Below are positions 39,142-49,236 of a stretch of DNA of 64,000 nucleotides, piece after piece; position 1 is the first letter of the stretch, and each line of letters starts with the position of its first letter. The notes beneath the pieces are model-generated. The model was given only the letters and a program-made list of their open reading frames with translations, searched no databases and was not told where the DNA came from. The translations under genes were made by a program, and so were the position numbers. This DNA comes from Bdellovibrionota bacterium. GTDB lineage: Bacteria > Bdellovibrionota > UBA1018 > CAIPTA01 > JAALKR01. The stretch covers positions 352,001 through 416,000 of the forward strand of contig CBDBMJ010000001.1 of assembly GCA_965207455.1 (NCBI GenBank), in the 5' to 3' direction.

Positions 39142-40884
39142 ATGGAAACCTACCTATCCTTGCCCACGTACTTGCGTAGTTACTGTGTGGAGCAGGATTA
39201 TAATGCCTATACGGCAAGGGATCAGGCTGCATGGAGATATATCATGCGCCAAAATCGGAGTTTTTTCGACTCCCACGCATTGCCTATTTATATAAAGGGC
39301 CTAGCTGAGACGGGTATTTCCATTGACCGTATTCCTCGAATTTCTGAGATGGACAAGGCTTTACGAAAATTTGGTTGGGGAGCAGTGTCTGTTTCGGGTT
39401 TTATTCCTCCAGCGGCCTTTTTAGAGTTTCAGGCTCGCGGAGTTTTAGCCATTGCTTGCGACATGCGTACCATTGAAAATATTTTGTATACTCCTGCTCC
39501 GGATATTGTCCACGAGGCTGCTGGCCATGCCCCTATTATTGCGGATCCGTCCTATGCAAATTATTTAAAGCTCTATGCGAAGATGGCCCATCGAGCGATT
39601 TTTTCTTCTGAGGATATCGACGTATATGAGTCCATTCGTTACCTGTCGGACATTAAAGAAAACCCGGACACCACAGCCGCTCAAGTTAAGAAAGCAGAGG
39701 AGCGGTTTCAGGAAATGTCCCGGGCAGTAACCCATGTATCCGAGGCTTCCGAGGTTTCTCGTATGGCTTGGTGGACGGTGGAGTATGGTTTATTGGGTTC
39801 CATGGAAAAGCCGCTTATCTATGGAGCGGGTCTTTTATCTTCGGTGGGAGAGAGTCACGACTATTTGTCGGACAGGGTAAAGAAAATTCCTTTAAGCGTG
39901 GATTGTGTCAATGTATCCTATGATATTACCCGGCCTCAGCCCCAACTGTTTGTGGCAAAAGATATGGAAAACCTCACGAATGTATTGAAGGAATATGAAA
40001 AGACAATGGCATTTTGTACAGGGGGAAAAGAGGGTTTGGAGAAAGCGTTGCGAGCGAAATCCGTTATTACCATAGAGTTGGATTCCCGTTTGCAGATGAG
40101 TGGAACATTAGATTTTTATGAATTCAGCGACACCATAGACTTTATTAAGTTGGAGGGGCCGGTGCAATTAGCAGCTGAAGGTAGGCAGTTATTGGGGCAT
40201 GGAAGAGAACGTCACCCAAAGGGGTTTAGTTCCCCCATTGGTCTGTGGGAGAACTTTGAGGGTTTGCCTAGGGAGGCTAGTGACGAGGATTTGTGGCGTT
40301 TAGGGATTCGACATGGACAGGAGGCTACCCTTGTTTTTTCCAGTGGTTTTACGGTCACAGGCACTGTTGGGGGCTGGTACCGCAGGCAGGGAAAGCTCAC
40401 TTATATTACTTGGCGAAACTGCACTGTACGTTGTGGGGAGAAGGTATATTTTGAACCCAGTTGGGGAGACTTTGATATGGCTGTTGGCTGTAGTGTGGTT
40501 TCTGTTTTTGGTGGACCCGCTTCTTTTGAGGAGTATGGTTCCTATAACGTGGGTAGTGCTTCCACTACGCCTGGTAGAGTGAGTGCGTATAGTGAGCAGG
40601 AGGTTCGCACTTTTGACTTATACCGTAAGATCCAGGACTTTCGGTATAACGGTGTTTCCTCTCAGGAGTTGGAGGATTTTTTTCCATCCATACAGAAGCA
40701 TTGTAATGGGGAGTGGTTGCTTATTTTGGAGGTTATGGAGTTAGCGTTCCAGAAGGCTCATTTGGATCGTAAGGACACGCCATGGTTACAGTCTTTATAC
40801 GCAATGATTATGGATAGCAAAGGTAAGGGAAGTGCCCAAAAATTATTTCAAGAAGGTTTGCGTCTTGTGAATGTGGTTGATTAG
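39142..40884 (+). CDS. phhA: Aromatic amino acid (phenylalanine 4-) hydroxylase, long form
   Basis: YTPAPDIVHEAAGH and WWTVEYGL iron ligands, IYGAGLLSS, YDIT.PQPQLFV; AGGAG RBS before ATG 39142. Confidence 0.9.
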   Translation: METYLSLPTYLRSYCVEQDYNAYTARDQAAWRYIMRQNRSFFDSHALPIYIKGLAETGISIDRIPRISEMDKALRKFGWGAVSVSGFIPPAAFLEFQARGVLAIACDMRTIENILYTPAPDIVHEAAGHAPIIADPSYANYLKLYAKMAHRAIFSSEDIDVYESIRYLSDIKENPDTTAAQVKKAEERFQEMSRAVTHVSEASEVSRMAWWTVEYGLLGSMEKPLIYGAGLLSSVGESHDYLSDRVKKIPLSVDCVNVSYDITRPQPQLFVAKDMENLTNVLKEYEKTMAFCTGGKEGLEKALRAKSVITIELDSRLQMSGTLDFYEFSDTIDFIKLEGPVQLAAEGRQLLGHGRERHPKGFSSPIGLWENFEGLPREASDEDLWRLGIRHGQEATLVFSSGFTVTGTVGGWYRRQGKLTYITWRNCTVRCGEKVYFEPSWGDFDMAVGCSVVSVFGGPASFEEYGSYNVGSASTTPGRVSAYSEQEVRTFDLYRKIQDFRYNGVSSQELEDFFPSIQKHCNGEWLLILEVMELAFQKAHLDRKDTPWLQSLYAMIMDSKGKGSAQKLFQEGLRLVNVVD

Positions 40885-41027
40885 ATGACTCATTGCGCGT
40901 TGTGTTGTAACGCTTCCTTTTGTTTCTACATTAAAAATTAAGCTCTTGAAACAGAGTAATAGAAGTGGGATAGTTTCGATTGCAACTTAAATTTATAACG
41001 AATGAAAAATAAAGAGAGGAGTACATT

Positions 41028-41639
41028 ATGAGATTAATACCAGCATTATTGATATGTTTACTTACACTTTCAGGGTGTTCGAGTTTTCAGGCTAAGCGAG
41101 TAAGTGATTCTGAGGTGGACAAGGAGGCTTTAGCCATTACGGGTGAGTGGGTGGATGGAGATACCATTCGAGTTATTCAGAAAACCATTAAAAAAATAGA
41201 CAAGCACCGCAGGTTTGGTCGATTTTTGAAAGCTCGGAACAATAAGCCTCTTAGGCTTTTTGTGGGAGAAATTAAGAATAACACCTCTGAGGCGTATTTT
41301 CCTGTGGGAGATATGGAGGAGGCTCTCTTAGAGCAGTTGTCGGACACGGAAACCTTTATCTTAATCGATGCTAAACAGCGGACTGCTTTGCTCAAAGAGT
41401 TGACGTACCAAAATAGTGGAGCAGTGAGTGCCAGAACAGCAAAAAAGATTGGTCGTCAGAGTGGAGCTGATGCGCTTCTATTTGGTACTGTAAATATGCG
41501 TCCTTTTCAGCGAGATGGACAAGCCATTAAGACCTATACAATCAATTTCCGTCTCACAGATTTATCGACGGGAGAGGAATTGCTTCGTACGAGGTCGAAA
41601 ATAAATAAATTTATCGATCAGTCTGCTAGCGGTTGGTGA
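41028..41639 (+). CDS. LpoB-like (PBP activator / CsgG-fold) lipoprotein
   Basis: Lipobox LSGC; IKNNTSE, AKKIGRQSGADALLFG, FRLTDLSTGE. Confidence 0.8.
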   Translation: MRLIPALLICLLTLSGCSSFQAKRVSDSEVDKEALAITGEWVDGDTIRVIQKTIKKIDKHRRFGRFLKARNNKPLRLFVGEIKNNTSEAYFPVGDMEEALLEQLSDTETFILIDAKQRTALLKELTYQNSGAVSARTAKKIGRQSGADALLFGTVNMRPFQRDGQAIKTYTINFRLTDLSTGEELLRTRSKINKFIDQSASGW

Positions 41640-41655
41640 GCAAAAAAAACAGATA

Positions 41656-43377
41656 ATGTCTCTACAAAAAGTTATTTTGCTATTTTTATCCACAGGTCTC
41701 ATTGCTTGTGGCACGGGACAGTCCGCTCTTAGGTTACAAGCCAGAGATGATTTTTTTAAGGGCAACTTTAAGGAAGCAGAGAAAAAAATAATTACTCCCG
41801 CTGTGGTTGGAGAAACGAAGAATCGTTTTCTTACCTTAGTGGAGTTGGCTTCCATTGCCCACTACCAAGGAGACTTGGAAAAATCCAATATTTTCTTTTT
41901 TCAAGCAGAGAAGCTAGCGCAGCGTTTGTATACGGAATCTATTCGTGAAAAGGCAGCGTCCCTGCTGCTCAACAATAATGCCATTTCCTATGGAGGTACG
42001 GACTACGAGCGATCCCTTATTTATTATTATACGGTGATGAACTTTATTCTCATGAGTCAAGGGGATCACATACCTGCTTGGGAGATGCCTGAAATTCGGG
42101 AGGGCAAAAAAGTTATTTTTGCGAAAAAACTGCATAAAAAGCGCAGCCTGAGTAAAAAAGAGAAGGCAAAAATGTTGAGTCAAGCAAGTAATCAGCTTCT
42201 AGCCTGGGAGTCCTTTCTTTCAGAGGTGCGACGAAAAAATAAAGGAAAGCCTTACTATAAGGATGATTTATTAAATAAAACGTTAGCAGCCTATATCTAT
42301 CGCATGAGCAATCGATCGGGAGACACTTCTCGCATACTCTATAACGATGCTCAAAAAACTTTAGTGCGATCGTATGGAGCCTATCCCACATTCAATAAGA
42401 AAAGTTCTCAGTATGTGGACAAGTATGGTGATTTTCCTAAAATAGGTGAGAAGAGGGTGCTGAAAGAGTATATTCAAAAAACGTCGTATTTTGAAACCAC
42501 AAAGGAAGCCATACAATTTTCTCAAAAGAATTTAAAAAAACAAAAAGGAAACGTGCTGTATGTATTGGAGTATGGAATAGTACCCATAAAGAAATCTAAG
42601 CGATATGTTATCGGATTAAGTACTTTATTCAAAAATGTAAAAAATGCTAAATTACGTGCACAACTGGAACTATTGGGCCTTCAGGCAATTACCGTATTAG
42701 CTCCTGATTTTGGCTTGGTTGTTACGGGAGCGACCCTTATAGGAGATGCTGTAAAAAGAGCTAAAAGTAAACCAAAGGATAAGCCTGTACACCTATCAGA
42801 TACCACAGATCAAATCATTGGTTTTGAATTCCATTTACCCACCTTGGAAAAAGATCCAACTAAGTATCCACTTACCTTAAGTTTTATTCGGGAAAAAGAT
42901 TCCAAGGTGATTGAAAAGAAGATAGCTCTCATGAATCCTTTGAACGACATAGTGGAGTTAGATATAAATAGGAAATCAACTGCATTGGCTTTCGAAACAG
43001 GGGTTCGTGTTGGTTTGAAATATTTAGCAGCGCTGGTGCCTACCATTCTTTTATACAATAAAATAAAAGGTCCAAAGTTATTGAAGGCATTGATTGCCAC
43101 GGCTTCATGGTATGCAGCAAAAAGAATTATAGATAAATCTGAAGCGGCTGATGTTCGTGCTTGGAATTTACTTCCTAAATGGATTGGGCTTACAGAAGTG
43201 GATCTACCCAAGGGGAGGTATAAGGTTTTTATTAACGGTGGTGACGAAAAAGAAAACAAGAAATTGTTTATGGGTTCCGTGAATATAGAGAATGAAAAAG
43301 TGAAAAAGGTGCTAAGAGGTCGAATTTTTACAAAGGATTTCTTGGGGGATTCGTCGGGAGATAATATAATGAATTAG
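41656..43377 (+). CDS. COG3014-like TPR lipoprotein
   Basis: Lipobox LIAC; YGGTDYER, YGIVPIK, ADVRAWNLLP; adjacent to the LpoB-like gene. Confidence 0.75.
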   Translation: MSLQKVILLFLSTGLIACGTGQSALRLQARDDFFKGNFKEAEKKIITPAVVGETKNRFLTLVELASIAHYQGDLEKSNIFFFQAEKLAQRLYTESIREKAASLLLNNNAISYGGTDYERSLIYYYTVMNFILMSQGDHIPAWEMPEIREGKKVIFAKKLHKKRSLSKKEKAKMLSQASNQLLAWESFLSEVRRKNKGKPYYKDDLLNKTLAAYIYRMSNRSGDTSRILYNDAQKTLVRSYGAYPTFNKKSSQYVDKYGDFPKIGEKRVLKEYIQKTSYFETTKEAIQFSQKNLKKQKGNVLYVLEYGIVPIKKSKRYVIGLSTLFKNVKNAKLRAQLELLGLQAITVLAPDFGLVVTGATLIGDAVKRAKSKPKDKPVHLSDTTDQIIGFEFHLPTLEKDPTKYPLTLSFIREKDSKVIEKKIALMNPLNDIVELDINRKSTALAFETGVRVGLKYLAALVPTILLYNKIKGPKLLKALIATASWYAAKRIIDKSEAADVRAWNLLPKWIGLTEVDLPKGRYKVFINGGDEKENKKLFMGSVNIENEKVKKVLRGRIFTKDFLGDSSGDNIMN

Positions 43378-44817
43378 ATGAATATATATCTTTGTTCGGA
43401 ATACAACGAATTGTCAGAGCGGTCAGGCATTGCTCTGTGGGACACGCTTATTTCCAACAATCGAGGTTCCGTTGTATTGGATTCAAAAATATCTGTTAAG
43501 GGAACGTATCGTTTCTTTTTAGACATCATAAAAAATTCCAGCATCAAGCTAGACAGGTTTCACTGGTACTATCCTTTTGAACTTATAGGTTCTTCGGGGG
43601 AAGGGCCTTTGGCCGAGATGCTCCACAAGCATTTGATGAATGAATTAAATATAAATAAAAATAAATTCCATGCTTGGCCTCAAGATAGGTCCAAAGCCCA
43701 GGAAGCGGTTTTGGGTTGGGAAAAAGAATTTGAAAGGGATCCACCCGTTGTTTCTGTATTGGGATTGGATGAAAATGGCGGTATTGGTTTTAATGAGCCG
43801 GGTAGTTCTTTTCTTTCTTCTACTCGACTATTAAAGCTAAAACCAGATGCCCAAGAATCCTTGAAGAAATTTTTTCCAGAAAAAACAGTGCCCAAGGAGT
43901 CTATTGGTTTAGGTATCCGAACTCTCTTGCGTTCTCAAAAAATTATCCTTATCGTCACTGGAAAAGAAAAAGCACGGGCATGGGCTAATGTGCTTCGTGG
44001 AGAAATCAGTCCAAAATATCCAGCGAGTTTTCTTCGACTTCACGATAATGTGGATGTATTTCTAGATACAGAGGCTGCATCGAACTGGCAAAATATTTCT
44101 AAACTTTCTGGAAATGAAAATCATGTTATCCGGGATATTATTGAGGGAAATATATTATTTATGTCTCCGTATTCCAATGGGGCAGGCCTAGTTGCAGGAG
44201 GCTTGTTGAGTCGATTGGCGACTATGCGAAATACAAAGATTATTAATTTTTATTCAGGCCATCGTCACCCTAGTTTGAATGGAACCCGTGAAGAAAGGAT
44301 TGAACTGCGTAGGAAGGAAAGCCTAGAGGAAGCTAAAATACTTAATTTATCCAGCTATTTCGCAGATTTTATGGGTTACGATTTCGACTACAAACTAAAT
44401 ATGCAGGACGTGGAAGCATTGAAAAAACAAATTAATGAATTCGCTCCATGCCATATTTTTATGCCAAAATTAAACCATGTTGAGTTGGGATGGTATGCTT
44501 GTACCCAACTTACGTTGAAGGCACTGGAGGGGGTAGCTATAAACCGTCCTCTATATGTCTGGTTCTATGAAACCCCTTGGAATCTTTTTCAACCGGAACA
44601 AATCAATACTTTTGTGCCGTTGAGTTCCCATGAGCTCAATAAAAAATTATGCGCTATCGGAGTGAATCACTCTCAAGTTCAACACGTTCCCTATAATGAT
44701 GTGGCAATTTCTCTGGCTCGATTTCGCGCTATTGTGTCCGAAAGGAAGCAGTTTTCTAAACAAAATAAAGAACTAAGCAAACATATAGAGTGTTTTCTAA
44801 GGGTACAGATAGCTTAG
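43378..44817 (+). CDS. NagB-like domain fused to a PIG-L deacetylase-like domain; catalytic residues missing in both
   Basis: GFNEPGSSF.S.TR, VP..SI.LGI.T, PASFLRLH..V..FLD.EAA; R..ES..EA..L, FYETPW, K..AI....SQ. Confidence 0.8.
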   Translation: MNIYLCSEYNELSERSGIALWDTLISNNRGSVVLDSKISVKGTYRFFLDIIKNSSIKLDRFHWYYPFELIGSSGEGPLAEMLHKHLMNELNINKNKFHAWPQDRSKAQEAVLGWEKEFERDPPVVSVLGLDENGGIGFNEPGSSFLSSTRLLKLKPDAQESLKKFFPEKTVPKESIGLGIRTLLRSQKIILIVTGKEKARAWANVLRGEISPKYPASFLRLHDNVDVFLDTEAASNWQNISKLSGNENHVIRDIIEGNILFMSPYSNGAGLVAGGLLSRLATMRNTKIINFYSGHRHPSLNGTREERIELRRKESLEEAKILNLSSYFADFMGYDFDYKLNMQDVEALKKQINEFAPCHIFMPKLNHVELGWYACTQLTLKALEGVAINRPLYVWFYETPWNLFQPEQINTFVPLSSHELNKKLCAIGVNHSQVQHVPYNDVAISLARFRAIVSERKQFSKQNKELSKHIECFLRVQIA

Positions 44818-44820
44818 TTA

Positions 44821-45141
44821 TTATATTTCTAGAGAAGATCGTGTTGAGCGGTTGCTATGAGTAGGGGATTTCTTTTTTGTATTTAGCTTCAGCATTTTTC
44901 GTACATAACGTTCTTCTTCGTTCAATAGTAATTTAGATATTCTTTCTAAAGATGCAGACGGACAAGCCTTTGTAAGTAAAATAAACTTTTTCAAAGGTAG
45001 AGTACACAGCCCCCGTTCGCAGTTGGAAATAAATTGACCGGAGTCATAACCAAGAAATGTTGCTAAGCTTAGTTGGGATAAACCAGCTTTTGAACGATGG
45101 AGTTTAATGTAATCGCCTATTTCGTCAAACCTTTTAGTCAT
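44821..45141 (-). CDS. XRE-family HTH regulator
   Basis: R.KAGLSQ..LA..LGY.SGQFISNCERG; GGAG RBS before ATG 45141. Confidence 0.85.
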   Translation of the reverse strand: MTKRFDEIGDYIKLHRSKAGLSQLSLATFLGYDSGQFISNCERGLCTLPLKKFILLTKACPSASLERISKLLLNEEERYVRKMLKLNTKKKSPTHSNRSTRSSLEI

Positions 45142-45290
45142 GTCTTCTCCTTTTGTTCTGTTGAACCCTTTGCGCCCCATATGCAACCTTTTTAGCCTAT
45201 TAATGCCGATGTAGTCAAGGGTATTTATGAATAATGACTAGATTATTTTTGCTTTATACTAAAAATAATAGTTTAAGTGTATGATCAATT

Positions 45291-46115
45291 ATGCTCTGGT
45301 CTTCCCGTTTTTATACGATCCGTACTACTTTTTTTTTGCCTTTGCTACTGTTTTTTCTAAGTTGCCTTTTTTATTATGAAATTGCATTGAGTCAAATTCA
45401 TACTTCGAAAGAGGTTGACGCTGAGTGGCGATTGACCCATATTAAGCTTTCCATTGGGGTAGAGTACTTGTCCAACCTTTCTCAAAGGGGAGCTACCTTT
45501 TATGATGCGCCGCAAATTTTTCCTATCTTTGCACTAGAGATTTTTTCTCCCCAATTGCAATTGCTGGGGAGCTCTTTATTTTACCGCACCCGTCTTCGTC
45601 CTAATCTTGTTTACCGTTCTCAACTAAATACCATAAAAGATCGTGTTGTTTATAAAACTAGAGTTCCCCTTACCGATAGAAATAAAAGAGAAAAAACAAT
45701 GGAATTTAGTCAAATAATAGATTGGGAAATTCCCAACCATGGAGAAATTCGATTTTCCGCTGCTCAAGATATAAAAGCCCATGGAGGAATATATTTGTCC
45801 ACCCAATTAAGACTAGTGCCCATGTCTCTAAAGATATATTCCAAAACGATTGAGCCAGCTCTATTTATAACAATTGGAGCAGGAAGCAAAGCCCATAATC
45901 AATACCTATACGGACGGGGCGCTGAAGAGTTTTCTTTTACGGACTATTCCATTGGCTTTTCCCTGTCGTTGCCACCCACAATTGATCCATTTTTTCCGTT
46001 TTTAAAAATACAGCACTATGGAGTTTTAGGGACAAAAAATAAAAATGCTTCTCTTGTTCGAGGAGAGCCTAGGGGATGGCAGTTTTTACTTTTGGGGGCT
46101 GTGAAGGTTTTTTAA
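45291..46115 (+). CDS. MipA/OmpV-like outer membrane protein
   Basis: Signal peptide, amphipathic strands, HNQYLYG, terminal Phe. Confidence 0.6.
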   Translation: MLWSSRFYTIRTTFFLPLLLFFLSCLFYYEIALSQIHTSKEVDAEWRLTHIKLSIGVEYLSNLSQRGATFYDAPQIFPIFALEIFSPQLQLLGSSLFYRTRLRPNLVYRSQLNTIKDRVVYKTRVPLTDRNKREKTMEFSQIIDWEIPNHGEIRFSAAQDIKAHGGIYLSTQLRLVPMSLKIYSKTIEPALFITIGAGSKAHNQYLYGRGAEEFSFTDYSIGFSLSLPPTIDPFFPFLKIQHYGVLGTKNKNASLVRGEPRGWQFLLLGAVKVF

Positions 46116-46122
46116 TTTATTC

Positions 46123-46878
46123 TTAAATTTCTAGAGCAAAGGCAATGGCTGCTGTCTCTGCATCCAGCTTGCCATTGTACAAAGAGGGTCGGAAGTGGAG
46201 CTGGAACGCCCATAAAAGATTTTCTTTTTCTTTAGAGTTTGGCTTTTGGTAACCATACGCCTCCAGCAGAGTAAAAACTTCGTTAGGGCTAGGGAGTTTT
46301 TTTTGAAATTGCTCTTCGTAGTCTAATTTTTTCTTTTCGTCGTACCAAGCACCAATGCCTTCCTTATGGAGCTTTTTCCATGGAAAAAGAGGACCTGGAT
46401 CCCCCTTTCGGGTATAGGCAATATCTGAGTGACCAATCACATTTGTGGGAACGATGCTTGGGTGTCGCTTGAGAATATCTTTACACAAACTGATGATCAA
46501 TTGAATCTGCTCTTCAGGAAATTGAGGGAGACCCGTTGTGGGAGACTGAGGGTAGGTGAACCCAGGGGCAAGGTTTACAATTTCAATTCCAATGGAAGTA
46601 TTGTTCAGGCTTTCAAATTTCTTCCAATGGCTCACACCCGCATGGAATGCTTTTTTCTCTTCGCTTACGAGATTAAATATTCGCATGTCTTCAAAGGGAT
46701 AGGTGGGGTCTGTTTGTAAGGGAATGAGGTAGTGAGCACTTACCGTTGTGGTGAGGTAGCGGATAGAGTTTTTGAAATTTTGTGCCGTATAGTGGAGCAC
46801 TAAAAATTTAGGAGCATCAGTGCGCGATCCATGGGTGGGAGAGATGTGAGTATGGGAATCTATGGGTAGAGAGTTCAT
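46123..46878 (-). CDS. N-acetylmuramoyl-L-alanine amidase (Amidase_2, AmiD-like) with C-terminal PG-binding-like region
   Basis: LVLHYT, VSAHYLI, AFHAGVSHW, SIGIEIVN, GHSDIA..RK.DPGP.FPW, AFQLHFRP. Confidence 0.92.
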   Translation of the reverse strand: MNSLPIDSHTHISPTHGSRTDAPKFLVLHYTAQNFKNSIRYLTTTVSAHYLIPLQTDPTYPFEDMRIFNLVSEEKKAFHAGVSHWKKFESLNNTSIGIEIVNLAPGFTYPQSPTTGLPQFPEEQIQLIISLCKDILKRHPSIVPTNVIGHSDIAYTRKGDPGPLFPWKKLHKEGIGAWYDEKKKLDYEEQFQKKLPSPNEVFTLLEAYGYQKPNSKEKENLLWAFQLHFRPSLYNGKLDAETAAIAFALEI

Positions 46879-46934
46879 GCCTTGGTAAATAGTTTACGCT
46901 TCCTTTCCCTTAGGTGTAAAGCACTTTAAAGTAT

Positions 46935-47873
46935 TTATGAACTGCTTAAAATGGATTTCGCTTTTTCCATATCTCGATGAATTTGTTCCACTAGCTCTTT
47001 GGCACCAGGGAAGCGCTTTTCTTCTCGAATAAAATCCACAAACTGTACTTCCTGTTTCTTTCCATATACATTTCCCGTGAAATTTAAAATATGGGTTTCC
47101 ACAGTGATGGGAGGTTTTTTTTCCATTGATTGAAAAGTGGGCGCCTTGCCCACATTGGTAATGGAAAGATATTTTTTCCCATCGATCAAAGAGTAAGTAG
47201 CATAAACTCCTTGGCGAGGAATCTTCCTGTAGCCAATATCCAGATTTGTTGTGGGAACATTTATTTGAGTTCCCCTGCCATGCCCCTTTACGATAATGCC
47301 ACGAATGAAAAAATACCGCCCCAAATAGGAATGTGCTGTGCCCACTTCTCCACTCTCTAGTAGTGCGCGTATTTTGGAACTGGATACCACCACTCCATTT
47401 TTTGCGAAAGGCTCTACTTTGCATACTTTTATTCTTTCCTTTATATGAGCTTGGATAAAGTCCACAGTTCCTGTTCTGTTTTTTCCAAAAGCAAAGTCAT
47501 GGCCCAAATATAGAGTACTTACATTTAGTTTTTTTAAGAGGTAGTCCTCTAAAAATGTTTTTGGAGAAGTATTGCTGAAATCTCTGCTAAAGGGTTCTTC
47601 AATCACTAACTCTATACCGTACTTTTCTAAAAATTCCATTTTTTCGCCGTAAGTATTGATCAGTTCCGAGGATTTCTTGGGCTGGAGGGCAACCTGAGGA
47701 TGGGGACGAAAGGTGACGACTGTGGGCACACTGCTACTTTGTTTTTTTGCACATTCCACCAAGGAACGAAAAATTTTCTGGTGACCAATATGTACACCGT
47801 CGAAATTTCCCACGGTGGTCACACAGTTCTGAGAGTGCGTATCTAGATCAGCTATTCCTTGGTAAATTTTCAT
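46935..47873 (-). CDS. ribF: Bifunctional riboflavin kinase/FAD synthetase
   Basis: GNFDGVHIGH, GHDFAFGK, VSSSKIR, GRG..I.VPTTN, GVYA, VETHIL. Confidence 0.96.
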   Translation of the reverse strand: MKIYQGIADLDTHSQNCVTTVGNFDGVHIGHQKIFRSLVECAKKQSSSVPTVVTFRPHPQVALQPKKSSELINTYGEKMEFLEKYGIELVIEEPFSRDFSNTSPKTFLEDYLLKKLNVSTLYLGHDFAFGKNRTGTVDFIQAHIKERIKVCKVEPFAKNGVVVSSSKIRALLESGEVGTAHSYLGRYFFIRGIIVKGHGRGTQINVPTTNLDIGYRKIPRQGVYATYSLIDGKKYLSITNVGKAPTFQSMEKKPPITVETHILNFTGNVYGKKQEVQFVDFIREEKRFPGAKELVEQIHRDMEKAKSILSSS

Positions 47874-47886
47874 GTGTTTCGATTAC

Positions 47887-48816
47887 CTAAGAGGCTACAA
47901 AGGAGGATTTCTCTCGCTGTAACACAGTCTCTTTTACTTCCTCCGTCGCCCGTTCCTCTTTTGGACGGGTGGTGGCAATCCTATAGGCAGACTTCTTTGC
48001 CAGTAACGTACGAATGAGTGTGGTTTGTAACTCATGACCAGATTTATGGAGCTCAAAACTTCCTACGATGGGGTAACCTCCCAAGGCAAAATCCCCAATA
48101 GCGTCCAGTATTTTATGGCGTACAAATTCATCGGGAAAGCGCAAGCCCTCTGGATTCACAACTTTCTCTGGGTCCAGCAAAACTGCATTTTCCACAGAAC
48201 CTCCTAAGCCCAATCCCCTGGACTGAATGAGTTCCATTTCACTAAGAAAGCCAAAGGTGCGGCTGGGAGCAATTTCTTTTTCGTAGTCCATACTTTCGGT
48301 ATAGACAAGGTGCTGTTTTTGGATGATAGGGTGGGGAAAGTCAATAAAACATTCTATGCGTAGCTCTTCCGAGGGACGAATGCAGGCATATTTTTCACCA
48401 TCCCGTACTTCCACTTTTTCTTGAACAAATAATATTTTTTGGACTGCTTTTTGCTCTTCAATTCCAACCTTTCGGATCATGGCAAGGAATGGAGCGGAAC
48501 TACCGTCTAGTACGGGCAACTCCTCGGCATTTATGTGGCAAGCTAGGTTTGTTATTCCTAATGCATAGAGGGCGGATAGGAGGTGCTCCACGGTGGCCAC
48601 CTGTATGTGACCGTTGCCGAGTCGGGTGGCGCGCATGGTGGTATACACATTTTTTGCATTGGCAGGGACACAATTGTTTGTTTCAGTGTCGGTGCGTAGA
48701 AAATAGATACCCGTGTTCACTCCCGAAGGGTGCAGTTCTAGGTGAACGGGCTTTCCCGTGTGCAGACCAATACCGTCAATGGAAATGAGAGTCTTTATAG
48801 TTTTTTGGTACTTCAT
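47887..48816 (-). CDS. lpxC: UDP-3-O-acyl-GlcNAc deacetylase
   Basis: QKTIK, GIGLHTG, TVEHLLSAL, PVLDGSS, SRTFGF, HKILDAIGD, KSGH; ATG 48816 preferred. Confidence 0.96.
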   Translation of the reverse strand: MKYQKTIKTLISIDGIGLHTGKPVHLELHPSGVNTGIYFLRTDTETNNCVPANAKNVYTTMRATRLGNGHIQVATVEHLLSALYALGITNLACHINAEELPVLDGSSAPFLAMIRKVGIEEQKAVQKILFVQEKVEVRDGEKYACIRPSEELRIECFIDFPHPIIQKQHLVYTESMDYEKEIAPSRTFGFLSEMELIQSRGLGLGGSVENAVLLDPEKVVNPEGLRFPDEFVRHKILDAIGDFALGGYPIVGSFELHKSGHELQTTLIRTLLAKKSAYRIATTRPKEERATEEVKETVLQREKSSFVAS

Positions 48817-48844
48817 ATTATCGCTGTACTCCGTCCTATCTCTC

Positions 48845-48860
48845 TGCAAAGGTCGTGCCA
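48845..48860 (-). promoter_or_regulatory. Sigma54 promoter of lpxC(-ribF-amidase)
   Basis: Minus strand TGGCACGACCTTTGCA, a full match to TGGCACG-N4-TTGC. Confidence 0.85.
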
Positions 48861-49236
48861 GTATATAATAAGAGTTGACGCATAGAAAGGGAATAAAATA
48901 GTGATAATTTTCAAGCACTTATACCCTTACTCCTTTTCTCTCCCCAATCAAAGCACTCCTGTTTGCACAATAGGAGACACTTTGGGGCTCTCAGACTGTG
49001 GATTTTTTGGTACAAGTGAATAGTCCTCGTATGGTATTTGCTGGCATTATCCATTTTGAAGGAAGCTGTAATATACCAAAATCGCTTAAGCTGATAAAAA
49101 CAGTCGGTTTTTTTTGATGCGAAGTATAAAATAATGCTTGATTTTAAGATTGACTTAATGCACTATTTGCGTACTGACTCGATGCATGGCTCGGCTTGTC
49201 AGTGTAAATTTAATACCAACAGAAAGAAATTGTAAA

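Noticed and set aside
46894..47424. 176-aa minus-strand ORF overlapping ribF
   Set aside because: Alternative frame within a well-conserved gene; no recognisable features.
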